DNA of 64,000 bases from NCBI GenBank assembly GCA_051251855.1, contig JBPOGI010000001.1:1120001-1184000 (forward strand), read 5' to 3'. The stretch is from Roseibacillus sp. GTDB lineage: Bacteria; Verrucomicrobiota; Verrucomicrobiia; Verrucomicrobiales; Akkermansiaceae. Positions within the stretch are counted from its first letter, which is position 1, and each line of letters begins with the position of its first letter. The notes under the pieces were generated by a model that was not told where the DNA came from, ran no database searches, and was given only the letters and a program-made list of their open reading frames with translations. The translations under genes were made by a program, and so were the position numbers. Below are positions 40,128 to 50,301 of this stretch, one piece after another.

Positions 40128-41438
40128 ATGAACTCGAAGCCCATCGCCATCGCCTCAGTTTGGGGAATCTCCGTCGCCGCCGCTTTCTTTGCTGGCAAAG
40201 CCATTTCTCCCTCTGCCAACGAGTCCGTCGAGACCATTCAGGCGGCAAAATCTACTGCCAGCATCGGCAATGAAGGTTCATCCAACCTCGTCTCCACAGG
40301 AGGAAGCACCACCAGTATGGCTTCCGCCCGAGCCCGTCTCGACGCCGCTCCCATGATTGAGCGCGGCTCGACTCCCGAGCAAATGATTGAGGACATCGCC
40401 CGTTTTGATGATGCCATCGAGCGTAATAACGCCCTCCTCGCCCTCATCGATAGTCTCTCTCCCGACGAATTTCTCTCTGTTGTCGACTCCTTCAGACAGT
40501 TAGGCATCACCGACGAGCGAAGAGGCGAATACGAGATGCTCCTAACCGCATGGGCTAAGGTCAATCCTTCCGAAGCACTCGCCTACGCCTCCGAGAACAC
40601 CCGTGGTGGTTTCGCGCGCAACACCATTCTTTCCACTTGGGCAGCCACCAATCCTGACGCTGCCATTGCTTGGGCAGAATCCAACCACGACAATCCCGAC
40701 CGCGCAAATCCTTGGCTTGTAGGAGTCATCGAAGGCATCGCTCCCTACGATATCAGCCGGGCAACCGATCTCATGGAGACCCTTCCCCGTTCTGAGCAAC
40801 GAGGTGAAGCCCTCCGCAGTGTCCTCTCTCAACTCATGTCCAAGGACCCCGAAGATGCCAAAAACTGGACCTCCACCATTGAAGACGACTACCTTCGCTC
40901 TGGTGCCGCAGCCTACACCGCCGAAGCCATTGCTCGCAAAGACCCCGCCGATGCAGCCCAGTGGCTCGCAAGTCTTGGCGATGTCGATGCCCTTAATCGC
41001 GCTGGTGAGGACATTACCGAGGATTGGTATCGCGACAATCCGGAGGAAGCTACCGCATGGATCAGCACGCTGCCCCCCGAAGCCATGAGCGAAGCAGCCG
41101 AAGGAGTCGTAAGTAATATTGTTCGCGAAAATCCTGTCGAAGCTGCCGAGTATCTTTCTCAACTGGCTACTTCCAACCCCGATGCCAACTTCGACAGCGC
41201 CATCCGCGACCTCGTGCGCGGAGCTGGCCGCAGCGATCCAGAACTCGCCGCCATTTGGGTAGGTGGTCTCAGCAACAGCGACGACCAGAGCCGATACTAC
41301 CACCGCGTCTTGGGTGATTGGAAAAATAGGGACTCCGGAGCGGCCGAACAATGGATGATACAAAATGAAGCCAGCCTTCCCGAATCCATCGGACGCCGCT
41401 TCCTTGGCCGCCCTGACCAAAACAACGGAGGCCAGTAG
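40128..41438 (+). CDS. Membrane-anchored alpha-helical repeat protein
   Basis: N-terminal TM; repeated W-x-x-x-[DN]P-x-x-A-x-x-W units. Confidence 0.8.
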   Translation: MNSKPIAIASVWGISVAAAFFAGKAISPSANESVETIQAAKSTASIGNEGSSNLVSTGGSTTSMASARARLDAAPMIERGSTPEQMIEDIARFDDAIERNNALLALIDSLSPDEFLSVVDSFRQLGITDERRGEYEMLLTAWAKVNPSEALAYASENTRGGFARNTILSTWAATNPDAAIAWAESNHDNPDRANPWLVGVIEGIAPYDISRATDLMETLPRSEQRGEALRSVLSQLMSKDPEDAKNWTSTIEDDYLRSGAAAYTAEAIARKDPADAAQWLASLGDVDALNRAGEDITEDWYRDNPEEATAWISTLPPEAMSEAAEGVVSNIVRENPVEAAEYLSQLATSNPDANFDSAIRDLVRGAGRSDPELAAIWVGGLSNSDDQSRYYHRVLGDWKNRDSGAAEQWMIQNEASLPESIGRRFLGRPDQNNGGQ

Positions 41439-41563
41439 CCGCTTGTTGGGGACCGTCTTCCACGGTAAGTATCAAAAAAAGAGGTCATCACTCGACCTCC
41501 GCTTGCCAGAACTCCTCTTGCCCATCATCTCTCTTCAGTTCCTAGTTGTTCTTCTCATCAAAA

Positions 41564-43057
41564 ATGAAAATCCTTTCGCTCTCCGCCCTCACTCTTGCCG
41601 TCCTCTCTCTTCCCCTTGTCGCTCAAGACAAAGATAAGAAAAAAGAAGAGAAGGGCGACAAAGAAGCTATCAGTCTCGAAACAGTCGAAGCCGAAGTCAC
41701 CATCGACGGCCAGACTATTAACTACACCGTCACCGCCGACACTCTCATGCTCAAGGCCGATGATGGCAAAGAGCGCGCCTCCGTCTTTCACGTCTCCTAT
41801 CTCAAAAAAGATACCGAGGCCAAAGACCGTCCTGTGATGTTCGCCTTCAACGGGGGGCCCGGTTCTTCCGCCGTTTGGCTTCACCTTGGCGCCCTTGGCC
41901 CCAAGCTCGTCCCAACCACCACCGATGGCACCGAGACTCTGCCCCCACCCATCACTCTCATCGACAATCCCCACTCCATTCTCGATGTCACTGACCTCGT
42001 TTTCATCGATCCAGTATCTACCGGCTACTCACGTGTCGAAGGCGACGCCAAAGGTGCCGAGTTCCACGGGCTCAACGGCGACATCGAGTCGGTTGGAGAC
42101 TTCATCCGCCGCTGGGCCACCGAACACAAGCGCTGGAGCTCGCCCAAGTATCTTCTTGGCGAATCCTACGGCGGCATCCGAGCAGCCGGCTTAGCGGAAG
42201 AGCTCCAGTCCTCTTACGGCATGAGCCTCAATGGCGTCGTCATGCTGTCCTCCCTTCTCGACTTTCGCACCCTACGCGGGAGCCAAGGCGACTACCTTGT
42301 CAACCAAGTCTACCTCCCAGTCATGGCGGCGGTGGCTCATTACCATGGGAAAATCGACCGCAATCGCGACGAACTCCTCACCGAGGCCCAACTCTTCGCC
42401 AACGGCCCCTACACCAGAGCCCTCTTTGCGGGAGCCTCTCTCACCAAAGCCGAAATCCAAACCCTTGCCAACAAACTCGCAGAGCTTACCGGCGTCTCTT
42501 CCGAACTGTGGGTCGAGACCAGCCTCCGCCTTTCACCCACTCGATTTCGCCGCGAACTTTTGCGCGACGAAAATAAAGTGCTCGGGCGCTTCGATGCACG
42601 TGTCGCTTGGCCAGCTCAATCAAAAGACAGCGACTACCCTTCCTACGACCCATCCTACGCCGTCGCTTACGGAGCCTTCTCCACCGCCATGCTCGCCTAC
42701 CTCACCGACGACTTAGGTGGCAACGAGATTCATCATCCCTATCGCATTCTTACCGGTAAGGTTCACCCTTGGAAATGGAACTCCGAGAACCGCGTCGTCA
42801 ACGTCTCTGGCCGCCTTCAAAGCGCCATGACCGACAACCCCAATTTGCGTGTCCTCATCATGGGTGGCTACACTGACTTCGCTACCCCGCCGAGCGGCAT
42901 CGAATACACCCTCAACCAACTCATCGACCTCCCCAAGCAAAGCCGTGATCGCATTAGCTACGTCTACTATGAAGCCGGCCACATGTTCTACCTCAACGAA
43001 CCCGACATCATCAAGATGCGCGTAGACCTCGTCGATTTTCTTAAAGCCGGCGAATAG
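41564..43057 (+). CDS. Peptidase S10 family serine carboxypeptidase
   Basis: Signal peptide, FNGGPGSS, FIDPVSTGYS, GESYGG, AGHMFY. Confidence 0.93.
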   Translation: MKILSLSALTLAVLSLPLVAQDKDKKKEEKGDKEAISLETVEAEVTIDGQTINYTVTADTLMLKADDGKERASVFHVSYLKKDTEAKDRPVMFAFNGGPGSSAVWLHLGALGPKLVPTTTDGTETLPPPITLIDNPHSILDVTDLVFIDPVSTGYSRVEGDAKGAEFHGLNGDIESVGDFIRRWATEHKRWSSPKYLLGESYGGIRAAGLAEELQSSYGMSLNGVVMLSSLLDFRTLRGSQGDYLVNQVYLPVMAAVAHYHGKIDRNRDELLTEAQLFANGPYTRALFAGASLTKAEIQTLANKLAELTGVSSELWVETSLRLSPTRFRRELLRDENKVLGRFDARVAWPAQSKDSDYPSYDPSYAVAYGAFSTAMLAYLTDDLGGNEIHHPYRILTGKVHPWKWNSENRVVNVSGRLQSAMTDNPNLRVLIMGGYTDFATPPSGIEYTLNQLIDLPKQSRDRISYVYYEAGHMFYLNEPDIIKMRVDLVDFLKAGE

Positions 43058-43152
43058 TTTTCACCGGTTCTCTCCTTTACCTTTACGGGGGTAGAAGCCC
43101 CTTCGAAATCAACTTCGGAGTCCACGAAAAGCTAAGAGTTTCTGCAACTAGC

Positions 43153-43419
43153 TCAGCGCAGTAAGATGCCGACAACTACCAGAGTCGCCCCAAATAGAGT
43201 GAGAACAACTTGAGGGAACTGAGACATTCTAGGTCCCTTGATACCCGCAAGAAACCCAAGGAAGAATCCTCTGAGAAGCCCCCAAAACCCTTGGGTGATT
43301 CCATCTGCGATTCGGTCTCCTGTATTCTCAGAGTCAGGACTAGAGAGAGCTAAGGCAAAGGCTCCAGCAAAGAAAAACACCCCACCAAACGCCAGCAGGA
43401 TTATTCCAATGATTTCCAT
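43153..43419 (-). CDS. Small hydrophobic membrane protein
   Basis: 88 aa with 2-3 hydrophobic segments, follows HAD gene in same orientation. Confidence 0.65.
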   Translation of the reverse strand: MEIIGIILLAFGGVFFFAGAFALALSSPDSENTGDRIADGITQGFWGLLRGFFLGFLAGIKGPRMSQFPQVVLTLFGATLVVVGILLR

Positions 43420-43477
43420 CTCAAAACTTGGACTCTATCGACACGAAAAGTAGCTATGAGCCTCGGGAACCCTGAGA

Positions 43478-44356
43478 CTAAAACTCCGGAGCCGCCACTC
43501 GTGAGTTCTCGCGTTCCTCACTCCGTCTTTGCAAAATCGAATCAGCAATTTTCAATACCGTCTCTTCCAAAATCAATCGTAAGTGACTCCCTGGCCGGTA
43601 GTCGGCCGGAGCAATGTGCTTCACTCGATCTGCGCCTGCAGAAAGCTGGAAACACTTCCGAAAGCTCCTCCGAGTATCATCATTGGGATTATAGACTGCC
43701 ACTGCATGGCCTCCATTCTTCTTCATCACCGTGAAGCAAGGAACGTCTGTAGGTCCATCGCCAATGTAAGTCATATTATGAAAGGGAATCGGACGCTGCT
43801 CCGGCGGCATGTGATCGTTCACATCCTGATCGTAGCCCAACATTCCCTTGTTAATCCTAAAGAGGAACTGCGTCTTTGTGGTGTGTGATATCGTCCGCTT
43901 GGGAAAAGAAATGCACCCATCGCTATTTTCTCCAAACTCACATCCGAAAATCGCCTTCACCTTCCCCTTGAGGCTGCTGCCGTCCAACAACGCCTTCAAA
44001 CCTGAAGAAATGATGTAGTGCTCGACCTTGATTCCCGCCGCTTCATGCTCTGGACGCAAAATTGTATTCAGTTGGTCAAAAAGCTCATCCACTCCCGGAA
44101 AGTAGTGTAGATCCTTTCCCAAGTTCGAAAGATCCGCGTTACTCACATTATCCATCCCCAAATAATCCAGTAAACACTTCATATAAGCCAGCTCCCCATC
44201 CCAGCTCTGCTCCTTCACCAGCGCATTACACTTCTTCCAAAACTGCTCCGGATCGATGCCAAAGCGCGGAAAAAGAACATCATCCTGCATATAGCTCGGA
44301 CTCAGTGTTTGGTCGTAATCGTAAACGAGGGCAATGGTATTTTGGGGTGCAGCCAC
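43478..44356 (-). CDS. HAD-superfamily hydrolase
   Basis: YDYDQTL motif I, ISSG motif [11 protein letters not shown] motif IV. Confidence 0.9.
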   Translation of the reverse strand: MAAPQNTIALVYDYDQTLSPSYMQDDVLFPRFGIDPEQFWKKCNALVKEQSWDGELAYMKCLLDYLGMDNVSNADLSNLGKDLHYFPGVDELFDQLNTILRPEHEAAGIKVEHYIISSGLKALLDGSSLKGKVKAIFGCEFGENSDGCISFPKRTISHTTKTQFLFRINKGMLGYDQDVNDHMPPEQRPIPFHNMTYIGDGPTDVPCFTVMKKNGGHAVAVYNPNDDTRRSFRKCFQLSAGADRVKHIAPADYRPGSHLRLILEETVLKIADSILQRRSEERENSRVAAPEF

Positions 44357-44470
44357 GCAAGGAGAGTCTCATTTTGCCTCCTTGCGAGCAAGAGAAAGCA
44401 ACAGGCCGAATTGCAGGACATTCTCCCTGCTCTTCAATTCTCCTGAAATCCCCTAAACTCTGGCATTCTC

Positions 44471-44992
44471 ATGACCGAACTCCTCCTCAACGAGCAAATC
44501 TATCACCGCGTGATTGAGGAGTTGGTGCCCGATACCCAGCGCTATCTCTGGATTGTTACCGCAGACCTCAAAGACCTTCATGTCAAAAAGGGCCGCCGCT
44601 ATGTCCCCTTCCTCGCAGTCCTCTCTGACCTCGTGGAATCGGGCGTCGCCGTCCGCCTCTTCCACGCCAAGGAACCAGGGCCTCGCTTCCGCAAAGACTT
44701 CGATCGCTACCCCGCTCTTTTAGAGAGCGAACTTTTCGAGCGTATCCTCTGCCCGCGTATCCACACCAAAGCCATCATCATCGACGGCAAAACCGCCTTC
44801 ATCACCTCCGCCAACCTCACCGGAGCCGGAATGGGCGCCAAGGGTCCGACTAAGCGTAACTTCGAAGCCGGTATCCTCACCGACGAGAAAGCTCACCTCA
44901 CCCCCCTCATCGAGTGGATCGACGAACTCTACTTGGGAGAACCCTGCCTCAAATGTGGCCGCCGTGACTACTGCCCTGATCCCATTGCTTAG
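44471..44992 (+). CDS. Single-domain phospholipase D/nuclease family protein with Cys-rich tail
   Basis: HTKAIIIDG..FITSANLT HKD motif, NFEAG, C-terminal CLKCGRRDYCPDP. Confidence 0.88.
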   Translation: MTELLLNEQIYHRVIEELVPDTQRYLWIVTADLKDLHVKKGRRYVPFLAVLSDLVESGVAVRLFHAKEPGPRFRKDFDRYPALLESELFERILCPRIHTKAIIIDGKTAFITSANLTGAGMGAKGPTKRNFEAGILTDEKAHLTPLIEWIDELYLGEPCLKCGRRDYCPDPIA

Positions 44993-45065
44993 AAACACCC
45001 CGAGTCGGATTTACCGCCTTCCCACTTGATTCTTCTGCCCTCTTACGCCATTCCTCCCGCCTCCG

Positions 45066-46082
45066 ATGAACTCTGATCTCGCCGAAATCCAAACTGCTGC
45101 CCTTGCTGCTATCGCGTCTGCCTCCGATGGTCAAAGCCTCGAACAGGCCAAGATCGATTTTCTCGGTAAAAAGGGTCGTCTCACTGCCGCCTCGGCTTTG
45201 ATGAAGAGCCTTCCCAATGAGGAGAAACCCGCTTTCGGGCAATCCCTCAACGCCGTGCGCGGTGCCATCTCCGGTGCGTTGGATGAAAAGCAGTCCGCCC
45301 TTCAGAACATCGCCGACCGCGAAGCCATTGCCGGCATCGACATCACTCTCCCTGGCCGCGAGATCCACACCGGAGGCCTACACCCTCTCACCCGCATCAA
45401 AGACGACGCCATTCAGATTCTTCGTCGCATGGGCTTCGCCCTCGCCGAAGGCCCCGAAATCGAGGACGAATTCCATTGCTTCGATGCCCTCAATACTCCT
45501 ACCGATCACCCCGCTCGGAACGAGAAAGACACCTTCTACTTCGACTCCGGCAAACTCCTCCGCACTCACACCTCGTCTGTACAAGTGCGCACCATGGAGA
45601 ACCAGACCCCACCCGTTCGTATCATCGCCCCCGGCTCCGCTTACCGTCGCGACGAAATTGACGCCACTCACCTCTCTGTCTTCAACCAGTTGGAAGGCCT
45701 CTATGTTGCCGAAAACGTGTCCCTAGCCGACCTGAAAGGCACCCTTATCTACTTCTTCCAAGAACTCTTCGGCGCTGAGACCGAACTCCAATTTCGCCCT
45801 CACTTCTTTCCTTTCACCGAGCCCTCCTTCGAGATCGATATCAAGCTTCACATCGCAGGCCGCGCGCCCAAGTGGATCGAGGTTGCCGGTTGCGGCATCG
45901 TAGACCCCGCCGTTTTCGCCGCGATCAGCAAGTCACGTGGAGACGATGCCTTCGACCCAGCCAAAGTCACCGGTTTTGCCTTTGGGATGGGTCTCGACCG
46001 TCTCGCGATGATTAAGTGGGGAATCAAAGACATTCGTCTTCTTATTGAAAACGACACCCGCTTCCTCAAGCAATTCGCCTAG
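45066..46082 (+). CDS. pheS: Phenylalanine--tRNA ligase alpha subunit
   Basis: HPAR..DTFY, LRTHTS, FPFTEPS, GFAFGMGLDR. Confidence 0.97.
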   Translation: MNSDLAEIQTAALAAIASASDGQSLEQAKIDFLGKKGRLTAASALMKSLPNEEKPAFGQSLNAVRGAISGALDEKQSALQNIADREAIAGIDITLPGREIHTGGLHPLTRIKDDAIQILRRMGFALAEGPEIEDEFHCFDALNTPTDHPARNEKDTFYFDSGKLLRTHTSSVQVRTMENQTPPVRIIAPGSAYRRDEIDATHLSVFNQLEGLYVAENVSLADLKGTLIYFFQELFGAETELQFRPHFFPFTEPSFEIDIKLHIAGRAPKWIEVAGCGIVDPAVFAAISKSRGDDAFDPAKVTGFAFGMGLDRLAMIKWGIKDIRLLIENDTRFLKQFA

Positions 46083-46083
46083 G

Positions 46084-46197
46084 CTAATACCCTTGCGTCT
46101 TCATCACGACGAATGCCGCCACAGCTAAGAGAGTTATCACAATCAGGCCAATTCGACCCGACCGGGTCTTGGCTGCTTTACATACCATTCAAATCAT
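46084..46197 (-). CDS. Predicted 37-aa membrane selenopeptide MIUMVCKAAKTRSGRIGLIVITLLAVAAFVVMKTQGY
   Basis: ATG ATT TGA ATG GTA TGT gives UxxC; one TM helix; TAG stop; SECIS-like hairpin within the CDS; absent from ORF track. Confidence 0.62.
46147..46173 (-). promoter_or_regulatory. Candidate bacterial SECIS element
   Basis: GCCAA-GACCC-GGTC-GGGTC-GAA-TTGGC; loop starts 26 nt after the UGA at 46189-46191. Confidence 0.65.
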
Positions 46198-46279
46198 ATT
46201 GGTAGTTTCGCCTGAATCTCAGAAAACTCAACAGAAGATAATCTGTCCTGTCGCTTGAAACTGTGGCTCAATACTTCAC

Positions 46280-46762
46280 GTGAAAACTGCCGTCTACGCA
46301 GGATCCTTCGATCCCCCCACCAATGGCCACCTCTGGATGATCGAACAAGGCCTCGCTCTTTTCGACCGACTCATCGTCGCCATTGGCAATAATCCCTCCA
46401 AAAGCTACACCTTCAGCGTCCCCGAGCGCCTCGAACTCCTGCGTGAGTCCACCGCCCAAAACGATAACCTTCTTATTGAGCATTTCGACAATCGCTACCT
46501 CGTCGACTACGCCAAGGAACAGGACGCCAAATACATCCTCCGCGGCATCCGCTCACCTGGTGACTACGAGTATGAGCGCGTCATGCGACACATCAACAAC
46601 GACCTCGCTCCCACCGTCACGACCTGCTTCCTGATGCCACCCCGCGAACTCGCGCAAGTTTCTTCCAGCATGGTCGAATCCCTCATCGGACCCAAAGGTT
46701 GGGAAGAAACCGTCGAGCGCTACGTCCCCCCACCGGTCTTCCGAGCTCTCAAGGCAAAGTGA
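46280..46762 (+). CDS. coaD: Pantetheine-phosphate adenylyltransferase
   Basis: [29 protein letters not shown]. Confidence 0.95.
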   Translation: MKTAVYAGSFDPPTNGHLWMIEQGLALFDRLIVAIGNNPSKSYTFSVPERLELLRESTAQNDNLLIEHFDNRYLVDYAKEQDAKYILRGIRSPGDYEYERVMRHINNDLAPTVTTCFLMPPRELAQVSSSMVESLIGPKGWEETVERYVPPPVFRALKAK

Positions 46763-46846
46763 GACGAAAGAACATTTCTGCCTCTAGTGAGGAAGACTCA
46801 CGGACCAGTACAATCTCACTTCTCAGTTTCCATTTAAGGCCCTCCC

Positions 46847-47305
46847 ATGAAACTTGAAGAAACGACTTATCCCGAGGCAGTTAAGACCCACAGACCAGAG
46901 GTTTTCGAAAAACTGAAAACGAACACTCCCCGACATGTCGTAGCCATTCTCGAAAAGAAAGGTTGGTCCCGCGAGTGGGCGTGTCAAATTGTGGCTGGCA
47001 TCGAGCGGAAACGCAATCCCGCTGGCTTGATGAATGGCTCTGATGAGAACCAGAGGCTCCGAAAAAAATACGTCTTGAGAGCAATGCTTGGTGGGGTGTT
47101 TTTCTTGATTGGCTTGCTTGTGACTATTGGGACTCTCGTGATTTCCTTCGCTCAAGGCGGAATTGCCATCATTGCTTACGGAGCGATTATCTGGGGAGGA
47201 ATCACATTCTGGAGCGCATACCCGAACATTTCCCGTTACCCTGATCGGGAAATACCCGTCTATCATCCTCCCAAAGCGAAGGGTCATAATCCTCAAGACT
47301 ACTAG
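46847..47305 (+). CDS. Hypothetical membrane protein
   Basis: 152 aa, two TM segments, IAYGAIIWG. Confidence 0.7.
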   Translation: MKLEETTYPEAVKTHRPEVFEKLKTNTPRHVVAILEKKGWSREWACQIVAGIERKRNPAGLMNGSDENQRLRKKYVLRAMLGGVFFLIGLLVTIGTLVISFAQGGIAIIAYGAIIWGGITFWSAYPNISRYPDREIPVYHPPKAKGHNPQDY

Positions 47306-47359
47306 AAGAGCCGTCCGTTTGTTAGAAGGACAGTCTCTCTTCCAAGGGTAGCTCCAACC

Positions 47360-49129
47360 CTAAAGCTTCTCAACCTCCGCAAAATAGGCGCTCACCTTTT
47401 CTCCACCTTCGAGAACAAAGGTAGTCTCAAGCTCGACCTCGCCCTTCGTTAACTCGACTTCAAAGCTCACTCCGGCGTCATCGGCAGTCACTTCTTGCTC
47501 GCCAGAAAAGCCACCTATCTTCAAGAGAGCTTTTTTGACCGGAAGCGCTTTCCCCGGTGTTTCACGGAACGCCTTCAATCCAGGAACTGGTGCTCCCGGC
47601 TCCATGCCCGAAACAATCTTTGCTCCCGTTGACATCGGCCAACGACGAAGAGTAATACGATACTTTGCAGTCTCGGTCACATTGAGAGCCCACCATCCCT
47701 CTGTCAAAGGAGCGGCCCGCAACATCGAGTGATTCCATGGCACCATATTTGCCTTCGTTAACCAGTCATGCGAAGTCAGCACAGTTGGATTTTCAAACTC
47801 GGTTCCCACTTGAATACGAGCAAAGCGCTTGAACGCAGGCTGCAAACTCTCCCACCAAGCATCGTAGTCAGCACGTAACTTCTCGACCACTTCGGGATGC
47901 TCCTCGGCGATGTTCTTTGCCTGACCGGGGTCAGCCTCGATATCATAAAGTTCCTTTCCGTTCAGCAAGCGCCAACGCTCAGTCATCGTGCTCGAATTAC
48001 GCCACTTTTTAGGATCAACCACTCGTTGTGAGTCAGTAATGATCGTTCTTTCCTCCCACTCCGCATCCTCTGATTTCAAGAGAGGAACCAAAGAGCGCCC
48101 ATCCAAAGGGTAGTCTTCAGGAATCTCAGGCAGCTCGCACAATTCAACCAAAGTCGGCAGAACATCAATGTGCGCCGTCAGGGTGTCAATATCGCGCCCT
48201 CCGTCCAGCCCACCATTGGGCCAATGCATGAAAAACGGAACGCGATGTCCGCCATCGAAGTTAGAGCCTTTGCCCTTCTTCATGCCGCTGTTGTGAATAT
48301 TCACTCCGCGTGCACTTCCATTGTCGGTCATGAAAATGAAGAGGGTATCTTTCGCCAACCCTTCCTCTTCTAACCAACCCCGCAACTTAGCAACATTCTC
48401 GTCAATGTTCGCAATCATACCGAAAAAGATGGCCTGTTCCTGGCTCTTTTGGTCCTTCATTTTCTCGTCGTAAGGCTTCCAATACTTGTCTGGACAATGA
48501 TAGGGGCCGTGAGGTGCGTTAGGTGAAATGTAGGCGAAGAACGGCTTTTCCTCTTTCACGCTTTCTCCGATGAAGCGCTTGGCCTCTTGGAAGTAGACAT
48601 CCGTGCAATAGCCCTCGTATTTCTTGGGCTCACTATTGTGCATGTAGGTGTCATCAAAGTAGGCATTGTCCCAATGGTCAGGAGCTTGCCCCACCCCACC
48701 GGCAGCATGGCGCACCACCTCTTGAAAACCACGGTCTTCCGGACGGAAAGGATAGTTGTCACCCAGATGCCATTTACCGAACATCCCGGTGGAATATCCG
48801 CCATCTTCAAAGGCATCCCCCAAGGTCATCTCTCCCTCGAACAAGAAACAGCGCCCCATAATGGTGTGCCAAGGTCCAGCCCGGTTCGTGAAGTGACCGC
48901 TCATCAAGGCACCTCGGGTCGGAGCGCAAGTAGGGCTCACATGAAAGTCAGTCAAACGAACACTTTCCCCGTGGAGCTTATCAAGCGCGGGAGTCTCTAG
49001 GATTGGATTCCCGTGACAGGAGAGATCGCCATATCCTTGATCATCAGTAATCACTAGCACCACATTCGGGTGCGCGTTCGCCACGACAGCGAGTCCAACA
49101 AGGGCAAAAGTAGTTCGTATCAACGACAT
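47360..49129 (-). CDS. Arylsulfatase (S1, Cys-type)
   Basis: Signal peptide, TDDQGYGD, CAPTRGALMSG (CxPxR), GKWHLG, TDNG. Confidence 0.95.
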   Translation of the reverse strand: MSLIRTTFALVGLAVVANAHPNVVLVITDDQGYGDLSCHGNPILETPALDKLHGESVRLTDFHVSPTCAPTRGALMSGHFTNRAGPWHTIMGRCFLFEGEMTLGDAFEDGGYSTGMFGKWHLGDNYPFRPEDRGFQEVVRHAAGGVGQAPDHWDNAYFDDTYMHNSEPKKYEGYCTDVYFQEAKRFIGESVKEEKPFFAYISPNAPHGPYHCPDKYWKPYDEKMKDQKSQEQAIFFGMIANIDENVAKLRGWLEEEGLAKDTLFIFMTDNGSARGVNIHNSGMKKGKGSNFDGGHRVPFFMHWPNGGLDGGRDIDTLTAHIDVLPTLVELCELPEIPEDYPLDGRSLVPLLKSEDAEWEERTIITDSQRVVDPKKWRNSSTMTERWRLLNGKELYDIEADPGQAKNIAEEHPEVVEKLRADYDAWWESLQPAFKRFARIQVGTEFENPTVLTSHDWLTKANMVPWNHSMLRAAPLTEGWWALNVTETAKYRITLRRWPMSTGAKIVSGMEPGAPVPGLKAFRETPGKALPVKKALLKIGGFSGEQEVTADDAGVSFEVELTKGEVELETTFVLEGGEKVSAYFAEVEKL

Positions 49130-49278
49130 GTGTGCAGAACGCTACCGAACTTCCCCTTCTTTCGGTAGCAAATATTTCTGCTCAATTGTCTCTCATCGCT
49201 CACAGACAGATCCGTCAACATCACTAGGCGCTTCAAAAGGGCCTCGTAACCCGCAACATCTTGTCTCCAAAGAGCTTC

Positions 49279-50142
49279 CTACCGAATCTCCATCCCCGTC
49301 TTGGAGTGAATCCATTTATCCAGCTTGCCTTGCTTAAACATGGCCTTCGCTTGCAGAGTCTTTTCTCCCAAAATAGTCATCTCTTTGTAAGTCGCCACTC
49401 CTACTTGGAAATCTTGCCCATCGAAAGACTCATCACCGATAGCCTCCCAATTGATGACCTTGGAGGCGTCTAGCTCCTTAATTTTTCCTCCTTCTAAACT
49501 CTCCTTCATTGCCGCGATAATTTGCTCGTTGCTCAGGCTTGCAGGAGTTTCCGGCACTGGCGCTGGCTCAGGTTCTTCAGCTGGTTCAACGGGAGTATCT
49601 CCGGCCATGCCGCCACCCATTCCAGAATCAGGAGTGGGAGCTGCAACCGCAACCTCTGGCTTCGGTGGAGTTGGCTCTGATGGAGTCGCCACCGGTGGTT
49701 TCGCGCCTCCGCTCGCGGCATCAGCCATCGCCACTCGGCGTTCCATGCGCTTCATCGCAACGCCGTGGGCAAAATCGGTATCAAGAACTGAAATCTCGCC
49801 AGTCAAGTGGCTTGCCAAGGGCGAAGTGACCTCCAGAACCATCTCAGTAAGGAGGAGAGGCTTCGCAGGGCTCCCTGGATCAAGCTTTAGCGGGCTCAAA
49901 CCGTTTTTATCGGTAAGAACTGTCGCGTCAGACAAAGTCACCTTCTCAGGGTAGTCCTTAGGATCGATATCATGATAGTCGATCGTCTCTGTAATGGTTC
50001 CCATGGGAGACCTCACCTTAATCTCGACCACAGTCTCAGAAGTTGCACTTCCTGACTCTTCCTCCCCAAACAAGGGCGAATAAAGAACCTTCCCCAGAAA
50101 AAAAGCGGCAGGGATCATGAGAACGTAAAAGATAAATTTCAT
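49279..50142 (-). CDS. Hypothetical membrane-anchored protein with Pro/Glu-rich linker
   Basis: N-terminal TM, two domains separated by PE-rich segment. Confidence 0.7.
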   Translation of the reverse strand: MKFIFYVLMIPAAFFLGKVLYSPLFGEEESGSATSETVVEIKVRSPMGTITETIDYHDIDPKDYPEKVTLSDATVLTDKNGLSPLKLDPGSPAKPLLLTEMVLEVTSPLASHLTGEISVLDTDFAHGVAMKRMERRVAMADAASGGAKPPVATPSEPTPPKPEVAVAAPTPDSGMGGGMAGDTPVEPAEEPEPAPVPETPASLSNEQIIAAMKESLEGGKIKELDASKVINWEAIGDESFDGQDFQVGVATYKEMTILGEKTLQAKAMFKQGKLDKWIHSKTGMEIR

Positions 50143-50301
50143 AGAAAATCAGGTGGTTGCTCTTCTTAGAACGCCACAAAACGTCCTTTCTTCGCAATAC
50201 TTCCCGAAAATTTCCCCGTCAGCCACTCTCAAAACCAACAAAGTGCGCCTCCCGCAGAATTCGGTCTTCATACTTGGCTCGCCTTCCCCAATCCTCGCGC
50301 C

